From: the human T2T-CHM13v2.0 reference genome, Homo sapiens
Assembly: GCF_009914755.1 (NCBI RefSeq)
Contig: NC_060927.1
DNA: 64,000 nt
Reading direction: 5' to 3' (one strand)
The stretch's first letter is position 1; every line of letters begins with the position of its first letter. The notes under the pieces are model-generated. The model did not search any database. It saw only the letters and a list, made by a program, of their open reading frames with translations, and was not told the DNA's origin. Position numbers and translations under genes: made by a program. This document shows, piece after piece, positions 1 to 15,180 of this stretch.

Positions 1-1586
1 AAATAGGTAATTACAATCGAAGTCCCCACTTTCCACTTTGTGTAATGTATATATCTCACCCATTCTGCCTTCTAGCTGATGGATCTATAGGGAACACATT
101 ATGAAATATAAAATTGGATGCAGTTTTCCTATGAAGTTATAATTTTACTTCTATATAGAAAAAATAAATATGTGTGTGGTACTGTTATCCCACTTGTGCT
201 GAGCAACTAATGTTAAAAATCTCGAGCATACAAAATTGGTTAAATCAGTGATTTGCTAGTTTTCTTTTAACGTTTCTCTATGTCTAAAGTACTTTTTGTA
301 CTAGCTATATTCTTGATAATTTAAAAGTAGATATTAGGACTCTTCTAAAAAATATTGTCTTTTAAGAGTTTCTGTGGGTTAGAAACTTTTTTCTTGCTTT
401 CTTATAATTCTTGAAAAAACATTAAACAATTTATCTCATAGAGTACTTTTATGAAACTAAAATTTTATGATTTTTATTTTTAAGGAAATGATTAACTTTA
501 TTGGTTAGACTACCATATTTCCTCTATAAGTCTATTACCTACATGAATACAAGGATCCTGCCTCCTTCTCTCTATCTCAGATCCACTGACAGCACCTCGC
601 ATAGAGTAGGGGCATCCATTCATAGAACACAAGAATACAGTGGTACTCTACCTGTTTATATGTTTTCCTTTGTACCCTCAACAGCGAATAAGAATACAAC
701 TATTTAGCGCACTTAATTTTGTGAGTGAGTTCATGAAATGCAACCTTTCATTCCCTTGTGTGTCTGTGTTGCTGGGAGACCTAGGTTATTGCCTACAATT
801 TGTTTTTGTTCTGAATAAAGCTGCAGAAACCAAATCCAACAACTTTTGGCAAGGAAGCTTCCTTTTATCATGCACCTCCCTCCCTTGGGACTTGGAGAGT
901 CTTCTCTTCTTGGAAGGCCGATGCATTTGCAATTCTCTACAACTACTGTAGTCCCATGAGAAATGCTATTTTCCCAAATTTCAACAAAAAATTTGGATTG
1001 ACATTTTATTTATTGACATTGACATTATTTTACACTTCTTCCAACTCTCCAGAAAATAAGAACCACTTGATGGTAGCAGTCCCACTATCACTGCTGCTCT
1101 GTAAATAACTCTTTACAATAATTAACACAACTTAATCTGACTTTACCTGACATATCTTATTTTTAGCTTTCTACTATAATATTTATTTTGGATTTATCTG
1201 AGTATTTATTTGAAAAAAAATCCTCAGTATGAAACATGGCTTAATGATTCCAGATATCTCATCATCAAAACTAACTCATGGAACTTTATTCTTAACCTTT
1301 CAATATTTCACAGTTTTATTATAAAAGTAATAGTTCTGCTATTACAAGTAATGGTACTTTTTTATTAATAAATTACTCTACACATGTGCTGCTAAATTTC
1401 TGCAACCCTAATTTATTTAGAACCTCTTTTTTCTTTCTCTCATGCTACAGAGATAAAAAAAAAAGTTATTGATATGTGGGATTTCCCTAGTTAATACTTG
1501 AAACATTTTGGAAACATTTTTAAAAAAATTATAGCATCATACAGTATAATTTCTTTACTAATGTACATATATCCCCAATCCCTACA

Positions 1587-1745
1587 CCAGGAATTGGCAA
1601 ATGTTTTCTGTCAAGGGCTAGATAGTAAATATTTTAGACTTGCAGGACATACAATCTCTGCCACAACTACAACTCAGCCTTTGGAGCCTGGAAACAGCTA
1701 CAAACTGTACATAAATGATCATGGTTGTTTACTACTATTTCTGGA
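1587..1745 (+). mobile_element. MER58-like hAT-Charlie DNA transposon MITE (partial)
   Basis: CAGGAATTGGCAAATGTTTTCTGTCAAGGGCTAGATAGTAAATATTTTAGACTTGCAGG...ACAACTACAACTCAGCC matches the recalled MER58A 5' half. Confidence 0.75.
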
Positions 1746-1749
1746 CACT

Positions 1750-2160
1750 TGTATTAGTTTGCTATTACTGCCATAACAAAATACCATATACTGTGTGGTT
1801 TAAACACAGAAATTTATTGTCTCACAGTTTTGGAGGCTAGAAGTCCAAAATAAAGGCGTCAGCAGCAGGGTGGTTTCTTCTGAGGCTTCTCTCCTTGGCT
1901 GTCAGGTGTGACTGCTTTTACTCTATGTCCTCATATGGTCTTTCTTTTATGTCCACAGATGTGTGGTGGCATCTCTTTGTATGTCCTAATTTTTTATTAT
2001 AAAGACATCAGTCAGATTGGATTAGGGCCCATTCTAAGGCTTCATTTTAACTTAATCACCTTTGAAAGGCCCTTTCTCCAAATACAAGCACACTCTATGG
2101 TACGGGGTTTAGAGCTTCAACACATACCTTATGGAGAAACAACATTCAGCTCCGAACAAC
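1750..2160 (-). mobile_element. MLT1A/B-type MaLR solo LTR
   Basis: TGTATTAGTTTG...GCCATAACAAAATACCA...AGAAATTTATTGTCTCACAGTTTTGGAGGCTAGAAGTCC...CATTCAGCTCCGAACA, the reverse orientation of the MLT1 consensus. Confidence 0.85.
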
Positions 2161-2779
2161 ACTGATACTTGTTACCACTTAATTTGATGCAGACATATAC
2201 CAATTAAATGCAAACCTTCTACTTATGAAGATATTCATATGATATTCCAGAATTACAAAGCTGTATCTACTTTAAATATTTACTACTTTTTATATAGAAT
2301 GATATACTTTTCAAGACATTGGCCATAACATTCTTTCCATTTATATATATATATTTATCATGTTGTGCTATAAGGATTCAACAATAATTAAAATATGATA
2401 TCAGCTTTCTAAGTAGGAGGAACCGCCACAAACGTATGTACTTTAATATCATAAGTGCAAATATAGATCTATAAAATGTTAAGATGCACATCAGAAACAC
2501 ATAAACTGTAGGTCAGATCTGTGGAAAGTTGACTGAAGAAGTAACATTTGAGAAAAACTTTAAAATAAAAAGCATTCTGGTTCATCATGACAAAATGTAC
2601 ATACACGTTCATGTCTCTTGCCATTAACATTTCATGAGAAATTAAAAATAAAAAAATGTGATTAAACCAGTATTGAAAATAAAAGAAGCATGCTATAACT
2701 CCAAGGCAAAAAATATTCTCTGGAAGATACAATGCAAATGCCTGAGAAATCCACGACGCCAAGCCAGGAAAGCCCTGAA

Positions 2780-3860
2780 AAATGTAATGGCAAACTAAAA
2801 AACATTGTTGAAAGAAATGAAAGAAGACATAAATAAAAAAAAAAGACATCCCATATTCAAAAATCATGACAGACTTTATTCTTTAGATGACAATATTCTC
2901 CAAATTGATCTATAAATTCAACAAAATCCCTGTCAAAATCCTAGCTAGACTTTTTTTTTGGCAGAAATTGTTAAGCTGATCTGAAAATACGTAGGTACAA
3001 TGGATTCAAAATAGTCAAAGAAATCTTGAAAAAGAACAATGTTAGAAACTGACAATTTCCAATTCCAAAATTTATCACAAAGCTACTGTTATCAACACAA
3101 CATGATATTGGAATAAAGGTAGATGTATAGATCAATGGAATGAAATTGAGATCCCAGAAATTAATTAATCATACCATTAATTAATTAGATTAGTAATTAA
3201 TTAATTTCAGTAACCTAATTAATTAGATTAATGGTTAATTGATTTTCACAAAGGTGCCAAGATAATCCAATGAAAAAGGAATGATGCATGGACACCTGAA
3301 TAACCATGTGCAACACAATAATGTTGACATGTCCCTTATATCCTGTAAAAAATTAATTCTAAATGGATCATCGATGTAATTATAAGAACTAAAACTGTAA
3401 AACTCTTGGAAGAATAAATAGGAGTAAATCATTATGATTTTGGTTTAGGGTATATTTTATACTACACCAAAAGCATAAATGACAATGGGTAAACAGATCA
3501 TTGTACTTCATCAACATTTTTTTTTGAAATTGATAAATTTTACTGCTGAGTGATGGAAAGAGACAAAAATGACAGAAACATAATTCATAGCTGCATTCCT
3601 TACTGTAAAGCCAAGCACGAATAGCTCTATTGCTTAGAATCATTGCATTTAAACATAGCAAGATCACATCTTTCATAGTCTTTTTATGGATGATAATAAG
3701 GCCACCATCAGGAAAGTGAAAGACTATGCATGCAATGCGAGAACACATTTGCAAATAGTATATCAGATAAGGAACTTGTGCCCAGAATATATAAAGAATT
3801 CTTAAAACTCAATATTAAAAATTAAAAATAAATTTGCCTGATTTCAAAGGGAGCAAGAAT
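2780..3860 (+). mobile_element. Old L1M (L1MB/MC-like) ORF2 3' region, decayed, with two small non-L1 inserts
   Basis: ORF2 landmarks: ...CTCCAAATTGATCTATAAATTCAACAAAATCCC..., ...TAGATCAATGGAATGAAATTGAGATCCCAGAAA..., ...AATTAATTCTAAATGGATCA..., ...CCAGAATATATAAAGAATTCTTAAAACTCAA. Confidence 0.8.
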
Positions 3861-3871
3861 GCAAAGGATGT

Positions 3872-4040
3872 ATTTCAACAGCTTTATTGATATATAATTA
3901 CATGCTATAAAATTAACCCAAAGTATAAAACTCAGTGGTTTTTAATATATACACAGATACGTGCAAGCATTACACAATTTTATAACATTTTCATCACCTC
4001 AAAATAAAACCCTGTAACCTTAGCTTTTAGCTCCTAATCC
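3872..4040 (-). mobile_element. L1MB-like 3' end fragment
   Basis: ACAGCTTTATTGATATATAATTACATG...AACATTTTCATCACCTCAAAATAAAACCCTGTA is the reverse complement of an L1MB 3' terminus. Confidence 0.7.
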
Positions 4041-4479
4041 TCTATGTATGTATATTCTTAAGAAACAAAAGTATGTATATTCTCAAGAATATACATATTC
4101 CTCAAAGTATGTATGTTCTTAAGAAACAAAAAACATAAGTTGATCTTAGTAATTTTACTATGTTATTCAAATTTTGAATTTATTCAGATATATAAATATA
4201 TATGTATGTATATATACAAATAATATTAAACTGATATATATAAATAACAAAACATAACATCCAAATGGCATTACTTGTAATCAATATTTTGAAATATAAT
4301 AACATAAAATTCTTAAAAAATGAACGAACTTTGTTATGTTGATTGGAAATGTAAACATAAAGGCAGAATTATTTTAACTAAAATATATTTCCTAGAGCTG
4401 TTCATTGATATGTGCAAGAACAATGGTACCTCAACAGCAATGAACAAACTGGGACCTAGTTGATTTTTTAAAATCTAAT

Positions 4480-4935
4480 TTCAAATTTATTTTAGATTTA
4501 GGGAGTACACGTGAAGATTTGTTACATGAATGTATGGCATGATGTTGAGGTTTGGGGTACAGATTCTGTCATCCAGGTAGAGAGCATAATACCTAATAAG
4601 TAGTTTTTCAATCTACGTCCCTCTCCCTCTCTCCCTCCTCTAGTATTCTGCTGTGGCTATTGTTACCATCTTTATGTCCATGTGTACTCACTGTTTAGCT
4701 CCCACTTGTAAGTCAGAACATGTGGTATTTGGTTTTCTATTGCTGAGTTTGATTTGATTTGACTCTCGGCCTGAACATCATTAATGTATACCAAGGCTAC
4801 TGATTTTTCTATGTTGATTTTGTATCCTGAAACATTACTGAAGTCATTTATGTTTTAGGAGCTTTTTGGTGGAGTTTTTAGAGTTTTATGAGTATAGGAT
4901 CATATTGTCAATGAATAGAGAAAATGTTATTTCAG
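4480..4935 (-). mobile_element. L1PA15/16-like element: 3' UTR fused directly to an ORF2 RT-region fragment
   Basis: 4480-4742 is antisense 3' UTR (GGGAGTACACGTGAAGATTTGTTACATG...GCTCCCACTTGTAAGTCAGAACATGTGG). 4743-4935 is antisense ORF2 (GTTGATTTTGTATCCTGAAACATTACTGAAG). Confidence 0.75.
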
Positions 4936-4979
4936 TAGTTTTATATTTGATAATGTGAATACAGGATAATGTACCTTTT

Positions 4980-5034
4980 AAAAATAGACACATGCTGAAG
5001 TATTAGTAAAAAATAGACACATGCTGAAGTATTA
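4980..5034. repeat. 26-bp direct tandem duplication (AAAAATAGACACATGCTGAAGTATTA x2)
   Basis: Two identical copies at 4980-5005 and 5009-5034. Confidence 0.9.
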
Positions 5035-5775
5035 TGATGTTAGTAATATTTTTAAAATCATTTTCTAACGAGTTCCAAATAAATAGTAAGTTACATATGT
5101 AATTGTTATGCTATTTATCTCTGTACATGTATGTATATATTTGTATCTAACACTACTACAGATAAAAATACATAAACATGATAAATGTTAATAATTATTG
5201 AATATTACATTTATTATATTCTTTCCATGATTCTTGCTTGTTATTTTGCATAATAAATATTTTTGAGCAAATATTGGCAATTTAGTAAGTCATAAGAGTA
5301 GCTGTACAATTTTTTAAAATACAAATGAAACAGAGCACTTATTTATATTGCAGTGAATCTAGCATTAATAATAAAAAGAGTAGAAATTTATTAATTAAAA
5401 TACAAGTTTTATATAAGAGATGCTTTCAACAGAGAAAAATTTTAAAGTGTTATTAAGGTTTTTCAAAGTATGGATATTCACTGGAAATATTTCCTACTCC
5501 AAGAGTCAACTGAGGCAGTAAACAGAGTAAGTGACTACATAAGGAAGTAGGAAGTTAGATCAAATTATATTTCTGACAACATGGCATGAAAATGCTTGTA
5601 AAAGACTGTGGCCACTTGCCTTTTCTTTCCACCTTTGTTCTACTATTTTTAAACTGTAGATCTTATCATCTTTTCTGAAAAATATAATATTAAAATGTTA
5701 AATCTTATTTGTTGCTTTAAAAAGTAAATGGGCTAAGTTGTTTTTTAAAAAGAGACAGACTGTTTTAAGAACTTC

Positions 5776-6756
5776 TGCACAGCAAAATAAACTATCATCA
5801 GAGTGAACAGGCAACCCACAGAATGGGATAAAAGTTTTGCAATCTATTCATCTGACAAACAGCTAATATCTAGAATCTACAAAGATCTTAATCAAATTTA
5901 CAAGAAAAGAAACAAACAACCCCATCAAGAAGTGGGCAAAGGATATGAACAGACACTTCTCAAAAGATGACTTTATGCCACCAACAAACATTTGAAAAAA
6001 AAGTTCATTATCACTGATTATCAGAGAAATGCAAATCAAAACCACAATGAGATACCACCTCATGCCAGTTAGAATGGCAATCATTAAAATATCAGGAAAC
6101 AACAAATGCTGGAGAGGATGTGGAGAAATAGGAACACTTTTACACTATTGGTGGGAGTGTCAATTAGTTCAACCATTGTGGAAGACAGTGTGGCGATTCC
6201 TTAAGGATCTAGAACCAGAAATACTATTTGATTCAACAATTCCATTATTGGGTATATACCCAAAGGATTATAAATCATTTTCCTATAAAGACATATGCAC
6301 ACCTATGTTTATTGCGGCACTGTTCACAATAGCAAAGACTTGGAACCAATCCAAATGCCCATCAATGATAGACTGGATAAAGAAAATGTAGCACATATAC
6401 ACCATGGAATAGTATGAAGCCATAAAAAATGATGAGTTCATGTCCTTTTCAGGGACATGGATGAAGCTAGAAACCATCATTCTCAGCAAACTAACACAGG
6501 AACAGAAAACCAAACACCGCATGTTCTCATAAGTGGGAGTTGAACAATGAGAACACATGGACACCAGGAGGGGAACATCATACACTGGGGCCTGAGTGGG
6601 GGTCGGGGGCACGGGGAGGGATAACATCAGGAGAAATGCCTAATGTAGATGACGGGTTGATGGGTGCAGCAAACCACCATGGCATGTGTATACCTATGTA
6701 ACAAACCTGCACGTTCTGCACCTGTATCCTAGAACTTAAAGTATAATAATAAAAAA
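5776..6756 (+). mobile_element. L1PA7/8-like 5'-truncated LINE-1 (about 1 kb, ORF2 C-terminus + 3' UTR + poly A)
   Basis: ORF 6029-6391 encodes the ORF2 C-terminal Cys-rich motif ([18 protein letters not shown]). The 3' UTR has GATGACGGGTTGATGGGTGCAGCAAACCACC. TSD AAGAACTTC at 5767-5775 and 6757-6765. Confidence 0.95.
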
Positions 6757-6802
6757 AAGAACTTCATGAAGGCTGTTTACTAGAAATGTGTATAAACAAT
6801 AT

Positions 6803-10605
<3,803 letters not shown>

Positions 10606-10634
10606 ATATGTGTGTTGGGGAGTGTACTATATAT

Positions 10635-11426
10635 ACGGTTGTTCACCCTTATCTCCCTTATCTGCCGGGATTATGTTCCAGGCTCCTCAGTGGATGCCTG
10701 AGACTGTGGATCATATCAAACCCCATACACTATGTTTTTTTTTTTTTCCTATAGAATAGTTGTCAGGGAGCATATACAGTGTGGATACACTGCATAAAGT
10801 TATCATTCATGACCCAGGAAGGAGAGGATGGGATAGTATGAGATTTTACTAGCTACTCAAATTGGTGCTCAATTTGAAACTTATAAATTGTTTATTTCTG
10901 AAAATTTTTATTTAATATTTTAAAATCATAGTTGACCACATGCCTTATTCTCTTTAGTGTTGATATACCAGAACACTTGAGGCTAGGTAAATTATAAATA
11001 AAAGGGATCTACTTGGTTCACAATTCTGGTGGCTGTAAAATCCAAGAGAATGGCACCAGTATCTGTTTTGCTTCCAATACAAGCCTCATCCTGCATCACA
11101 ACATGCAAGAGAAGCAGAAGGGGAATTGTTGTGTGCAAACAGACCAAACAGGAGAGAGAGTCTGCTTCATAAAAACCCACTGTCAAGGTAACTAATTCAG
11201 TTTCAGGAGAGTGAGAACTCATTTACTACTACAAGACTGTTTTAATACCTTCATGAGGGAGGATCCCTCATGATCCAAACACCTCTTAAAGGCTGCACCA
11301 CTTCCCGACACTGTTAGATTGGCAATTAAATTTCAACATGAGTTTTGGTGGGGAAAAATTGTATGCAAACCATAGCACTGCCAGTAACTGAAGAAACACA
11401 GAAAGCAGAACTATAACTAATGGGGG
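10635..11426 (+). mobile_element. MER44 (Tigger7-derived) DNA transposon, split by an MST LTR
   Basis: CCCTTATCTG...ATGTTCCA...CAGTGGATGCCTGAGACTGTGGAT and AATTTGAAACTTATAAATTGTTTATTTCTG...GTTGACCAC (to about 10940). It resumes with GTAACTGAA...CAGAAAGC...ATGGGGG at about 11380-11426. Confidence 0.8.
10941..11377 (-). mobile_element. MST-type (MSTB/MSTC-like) MaLR solo LTR nested in MER44
   Basis: GGTTCACAATTCTGGTGGCTG...AAATTTCAACATGAGTTTTGGTGGGG...CAAACCATAGCA terminus. Confidence 0.8.
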
Positions 11427-11429
11427 AAA

Positions 11430-11990
11430 AATACAGACATATACATACACAGTGGAATAGAATACTTCTCAGCCTTAAAAGAGAAGAAAACCTTATCATT
11501 TGCAAAAACATAGATAAAACTGGAGGACACTATATTGCATTTTTCTCAGTGAGATAAGCCAGGCAGAGAAAGACAAATACTGCATAATCTCACATATGTG
11601 TGGAATTTGAAAAAGTCAGACTCAAGGAAGATGAGAGTAGAACAGTAATTACCGGGGGAAAGGGTAGGGTAGGAGGAAGATCAGAGGAATGGAAAGATGT
11701 TGGCTAAAGTGTACTAAGTTTCAGAAAGATAGAATAATTTCTGAAGATCTATTTTGTGCAGGGTGACTATTGTTATTAATAATGCATTATATTCTTGATA
11801 ATTGCTAAGCAAGTAGGTCTTGAATGTCCTCAACACAAAAAGCATAGCAAGTACATGAAATAATGGATGTTTACTAGCTTCACTGAATCATTTAGAAACA
11901 TTTACATATATACAAAAACACCATTATACACCCTAAATATATGTAAGTTTTTACAATTATACTTATACCTTAATAAAGCCGGGATGGAGG
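11430..11990 (+). mobile_element. L1MA (L1MA8-10-like) 3' end
   Basis: CAGTGGAATA...TCATTTGCAA...AGCCAGGCAGAGAAAGACAAATACTGCAT...GGTGACTATTGTTATTAATAATG...TACCTTAATAAAGCC. Confidence 0.85.
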
Positions 11991-12026
11991 GAACAATAAA
12001 ACACTGTGAAAAAAAGTTTGGAAATT

Positions 12027-12310
12027 GTTATATGGAAAGTTTGTGTTTTGTCAAATTCATACGGCAAAGCCCTCACCCCCAGCAGGATGGTGTTTGAAAG
12101 GGGTCCTTGGGAGGTAGATAGGGTTGGATCAGGTTAGAATGTGGGACCTTTATAATGGGACCTTATTAATAAGAAGGAGAGAGAGAGAGAAAGATGACAT
12201 GGAACCTTGATCTTGAACTTCCCAGTCTCCACAATAGTGAGAAATAAATTTCTATTGTTTAAGCCACTCAGACTATGGTATTTTTTTTAAATGTCAGCTC
12301 AACCTAATAT
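12027..12310 (+). mobile_element. MLT1A/MST-type MaLR solo LTR, internally deleted
   Basis: Starts TGTTAT; CCTTGATCTTGAACTTCCCAGTCTCCACAATAGTGAGAAATAAATTTCTATTGTTTAAGCCAC...TATGGTATT. Confidence 0.8.
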
Positions 12311-12540
12311 AAAAATCAAGAATTGAAAATGTATATAATAGATAAAACTTATGATTAACATTACAAATAAGACAAAGAATGGCATTAGATAATGATACAA
12401 GGTAAACATACTAACAGTATCAAACCCTTCAGCAACTAATTACATAAAGTAAACTGTATTAGAAATTCTAAGAGAATTTGATACAAATGAAATTATTGAA
12501 GTGAGTGTAATATATCTCTTTAATAATAATAAATAGTAGA

Positions 12541-12932
12541 TAAGGCCGGAGCATAGGGCTTGGAGGCAGGGAAAATAAGGACTTCCTAGAATTAAATCAA
12601 ACAGAAACACCAGCTATGACAGGAAATATCCTCTTCATTTACATAGGGTGTACAGCGAGTAAATAATGTTGTAACTTTACTTTATTCTCTTCATCTACAT
12701 AGGGCATACACCAAGTAACCAATGGAAATTTCAGAGGAAATTTAAACCCCAGAAAATTCTGTAACTGGGCTCTTGAGCCACTTGCTGGGGCCTGCTGCCG
12801 CCCTGTGGAGTGTGCTTTCGTTTTCAATAAATCTCTGCTTTCGTTCCTTCATGCTTTCCTTGCTTTGTGTGTTCATTTTGTCCAAATCTTTGTTCAAGAC
12901 GCCAAGAACCTGGACACCCTCCACCGGTAACA
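12541..12932 (+). mobile_element. 5' LTR (MER51B-like)
   Basis: TAAGGCCGGAGCATAGGG...GGAGGCAGGG start, CCAAT at about 12719, TTTAAA TATA-like motif at about 12740, AATAAA at 12826-12831, ends ACCGGTAACA. Confidence 0.88.
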
Positions 12933-12937
12933 TATTT

Positions 12938-12955
12938 TGGCGAGCCAGACAAGAG
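12938..12955 (+). promoter_or_regulatory. Primer-binding site complementary to the tRNA-Arg(ACG) 3' end, immediately followed by a splice-donor-like AG|GTAAG
   Basis: TGGCGAGCCAGACAAGAG versus the expected TGGCGAGCCAGCCAGGAG (16/18), 5 nt downstream of the LTR end. Confidence 0.8.
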
Positions 12956-14049
12956 GTAAGCCCAGAGTTTGGGATTTATTTTTCACCTTTTCCTTTCTGC
13001 TCCATACAGTGGAATCTCTCTCTCTCTCTCTTTTCATTTCCAACTCAGGACCCTTGGTGGGCAGTGCCTAAACAGAGACAACTACAGGTTTCTGGCTGTG
13101 GCCACTCTCTGGTGAAACTAAGGGGTTTCTGTGTGGAGGTGCCTAACAGCCACCGTCCAGTTTGGGTAAGGGACCTGGATTTTTTTCCCTTTATTTCTTT
13201 TTTCTCTCTTCCTTTTTCAGGCTTTTGATGGCTGCTTCCTAGTATTAAATAGCTCCTTAGTAACTGAGCGCAACTGTCCAGGGCCACTCTCTGGTTTACC
13301 TGAAGGGCAAGGAGTAAAGGGGGATAGCTACCATGCCTGGAAGGGGGAAGGATTTTTCTGTCTTTTCCAGTTGTTGTCCCTGATCCCTACATGTGGGACA
13401 GCTTTTCCAGGGTGAACTCGCATGCATTTCAGGTGACTTAAACATTCTTTTCCTATGCTAAATTCTTCCCTTCCCCTACTCTACTGGCTAGGGACGAAAG
13501 AAACCCACCCATCCTCCAGTTCCTGTCATTACAGTTCATGGCTATCACTCTAGTGCAGTGGGAAACATGGAAACACAAGGCCTTATGAAATTATAAGGAT
13601 GCTAGAAGTCAAGGCCTTCATCCAGGGACAAAAGGAAAGCTCATAGTAGGCCATCACCTCTGGAGGGAAAACATGCAAAGCAGCACCAGTGACCACCTGA
13701 GGTCAAACATATCTGTCCATCTAAGATTGGACTCCAGAGGGGGACACCCCAGGGAATCCTCTGGACCTCAACCTCTCCAAAGGGGATGCCCTTGGTAGAG
13801 GTCCCCAGGTCAAGTACTAAGCCCTTCTTAGAATTTTCTCTGCCAGTTGCAATACTGTTTCACCACAATACTATTTGGAATCTGGAGTTTGCTGTTGAAT
13901 GGGAAAGTGGGATGGAATTGCATGTATCCAGGCTTTTGTGCTGCTGTTCTAAGCAGGGGGCCTGGTTAACATGTCATCCTCTCCTGTGGTACTGTTTGGT
14001 CCCAGTGTTAGAGTCTGGGAAGGTTTAACCTTTAAAAATTAAACTGTCA

Positions 14050-14272
<223 letters not shown>

Positions 14273-14839
14273 TCATGTAAACTGCTTTAGTTTTGTGGTG
14301 AGCTTGTATTGCTATCTCATGGCTAGAGTCCCAAGATAAAAGCTATTGAAACTTCACTTGTATGTATACACAATAAACTCATGTCTAGATTTGTTTATTT
14401 GTATGTTCACTAATTGTTACATGCTGTGTCTACTGAATTCGCTTATAAGTAAAAGACTTTTCATAAATTAAGTAAATAAGTGTAAGCAATTTTACTTACT
14501 GGTCAGGTGCCTAAAGTGAATTTCCTGATTGCACAGGATGTATGGTGATATTAGTGAACTTAAGGATATTGCATTGTGTAACAGGAACAAAATATTTATT
14601 ATGTGGGTTTTGGGGGGCCCTGGGGAACACTGTAGCCTCCATGATAGATTGAGTAGGATAACAATAGATTATTATGCTACCTTGTATTTTCACCAGGTAA
14701 AGAAAGCTTTTTATGGTTCACTAAGGACAATCAACCCCTTCGCAATCTAGAACCAAAAGACTGGATCTTCTGAGAACATCTACTGTAAGAACTATAGTTA
14801 CACAACAGACTTTGAATTCTCTTGTGAAAGTTAAGGTAG

Positions 14840-15180
14840 AATTGGCTGAACAGAGGAGTATCTGTGCGGCTGCTGGCATTTGTGGCTTATGGAGAAACAC
14901 ATTAAATGAAGATTACAGAGATTCATTGGCAGGGGATTAACAGAGATTGCTTAATTAAGTGAGTAGGCTCACTATCTAGCTCATTCTTTGATCTATTTGA
15001 TTTTAGGTGGTTTGGTTTATGGGGACCCGGGGAAAGAAGCATACTCCAAACTCTTAGTATTATCCTCCCGATGGTTATAATAATAGTTGTCCTGTTGTGC
15101 TGTATTTTCTGAAAGGTTTTAAATGCTTGCATGCAGCCATCTCTAGAATGTCAAATGGTCTCTCTTCAACTGGAATGACA
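14840..15180 (+). pseudogene. Decayed retroviral env TM remnant (end of immunosuppressive domain/Cys motif plus transmembrane anchor)
   Basis: Manual translation gives LAEQRSICAAAGICGLWRNT (compare gamma-type LAxxGGxCxxxxxxCCxxINT), then SFFDLFDFRWFGLWGPGERSILQTLSIILPMVIIIVVLLCCIF, interrupted by stops. Confidence 0.7.

Noticed and set aside
560-735. L2 3'-end fragments
   Set aside because: Only a faint resemblance (TTTGTGAGTGAGT terminus); cannot be supported without alignment.
2469-2867. 132-aa minus-strand ORF
   Set aside because: Partly antisense L1 and AT-biased, with no recognisable homology.
12773-13228. 151-aa ORF as an ERV protein
   Set aside because: It spans the LTR R/U5, PBS and leader, starts at a non-ATG codon and has no gag features.
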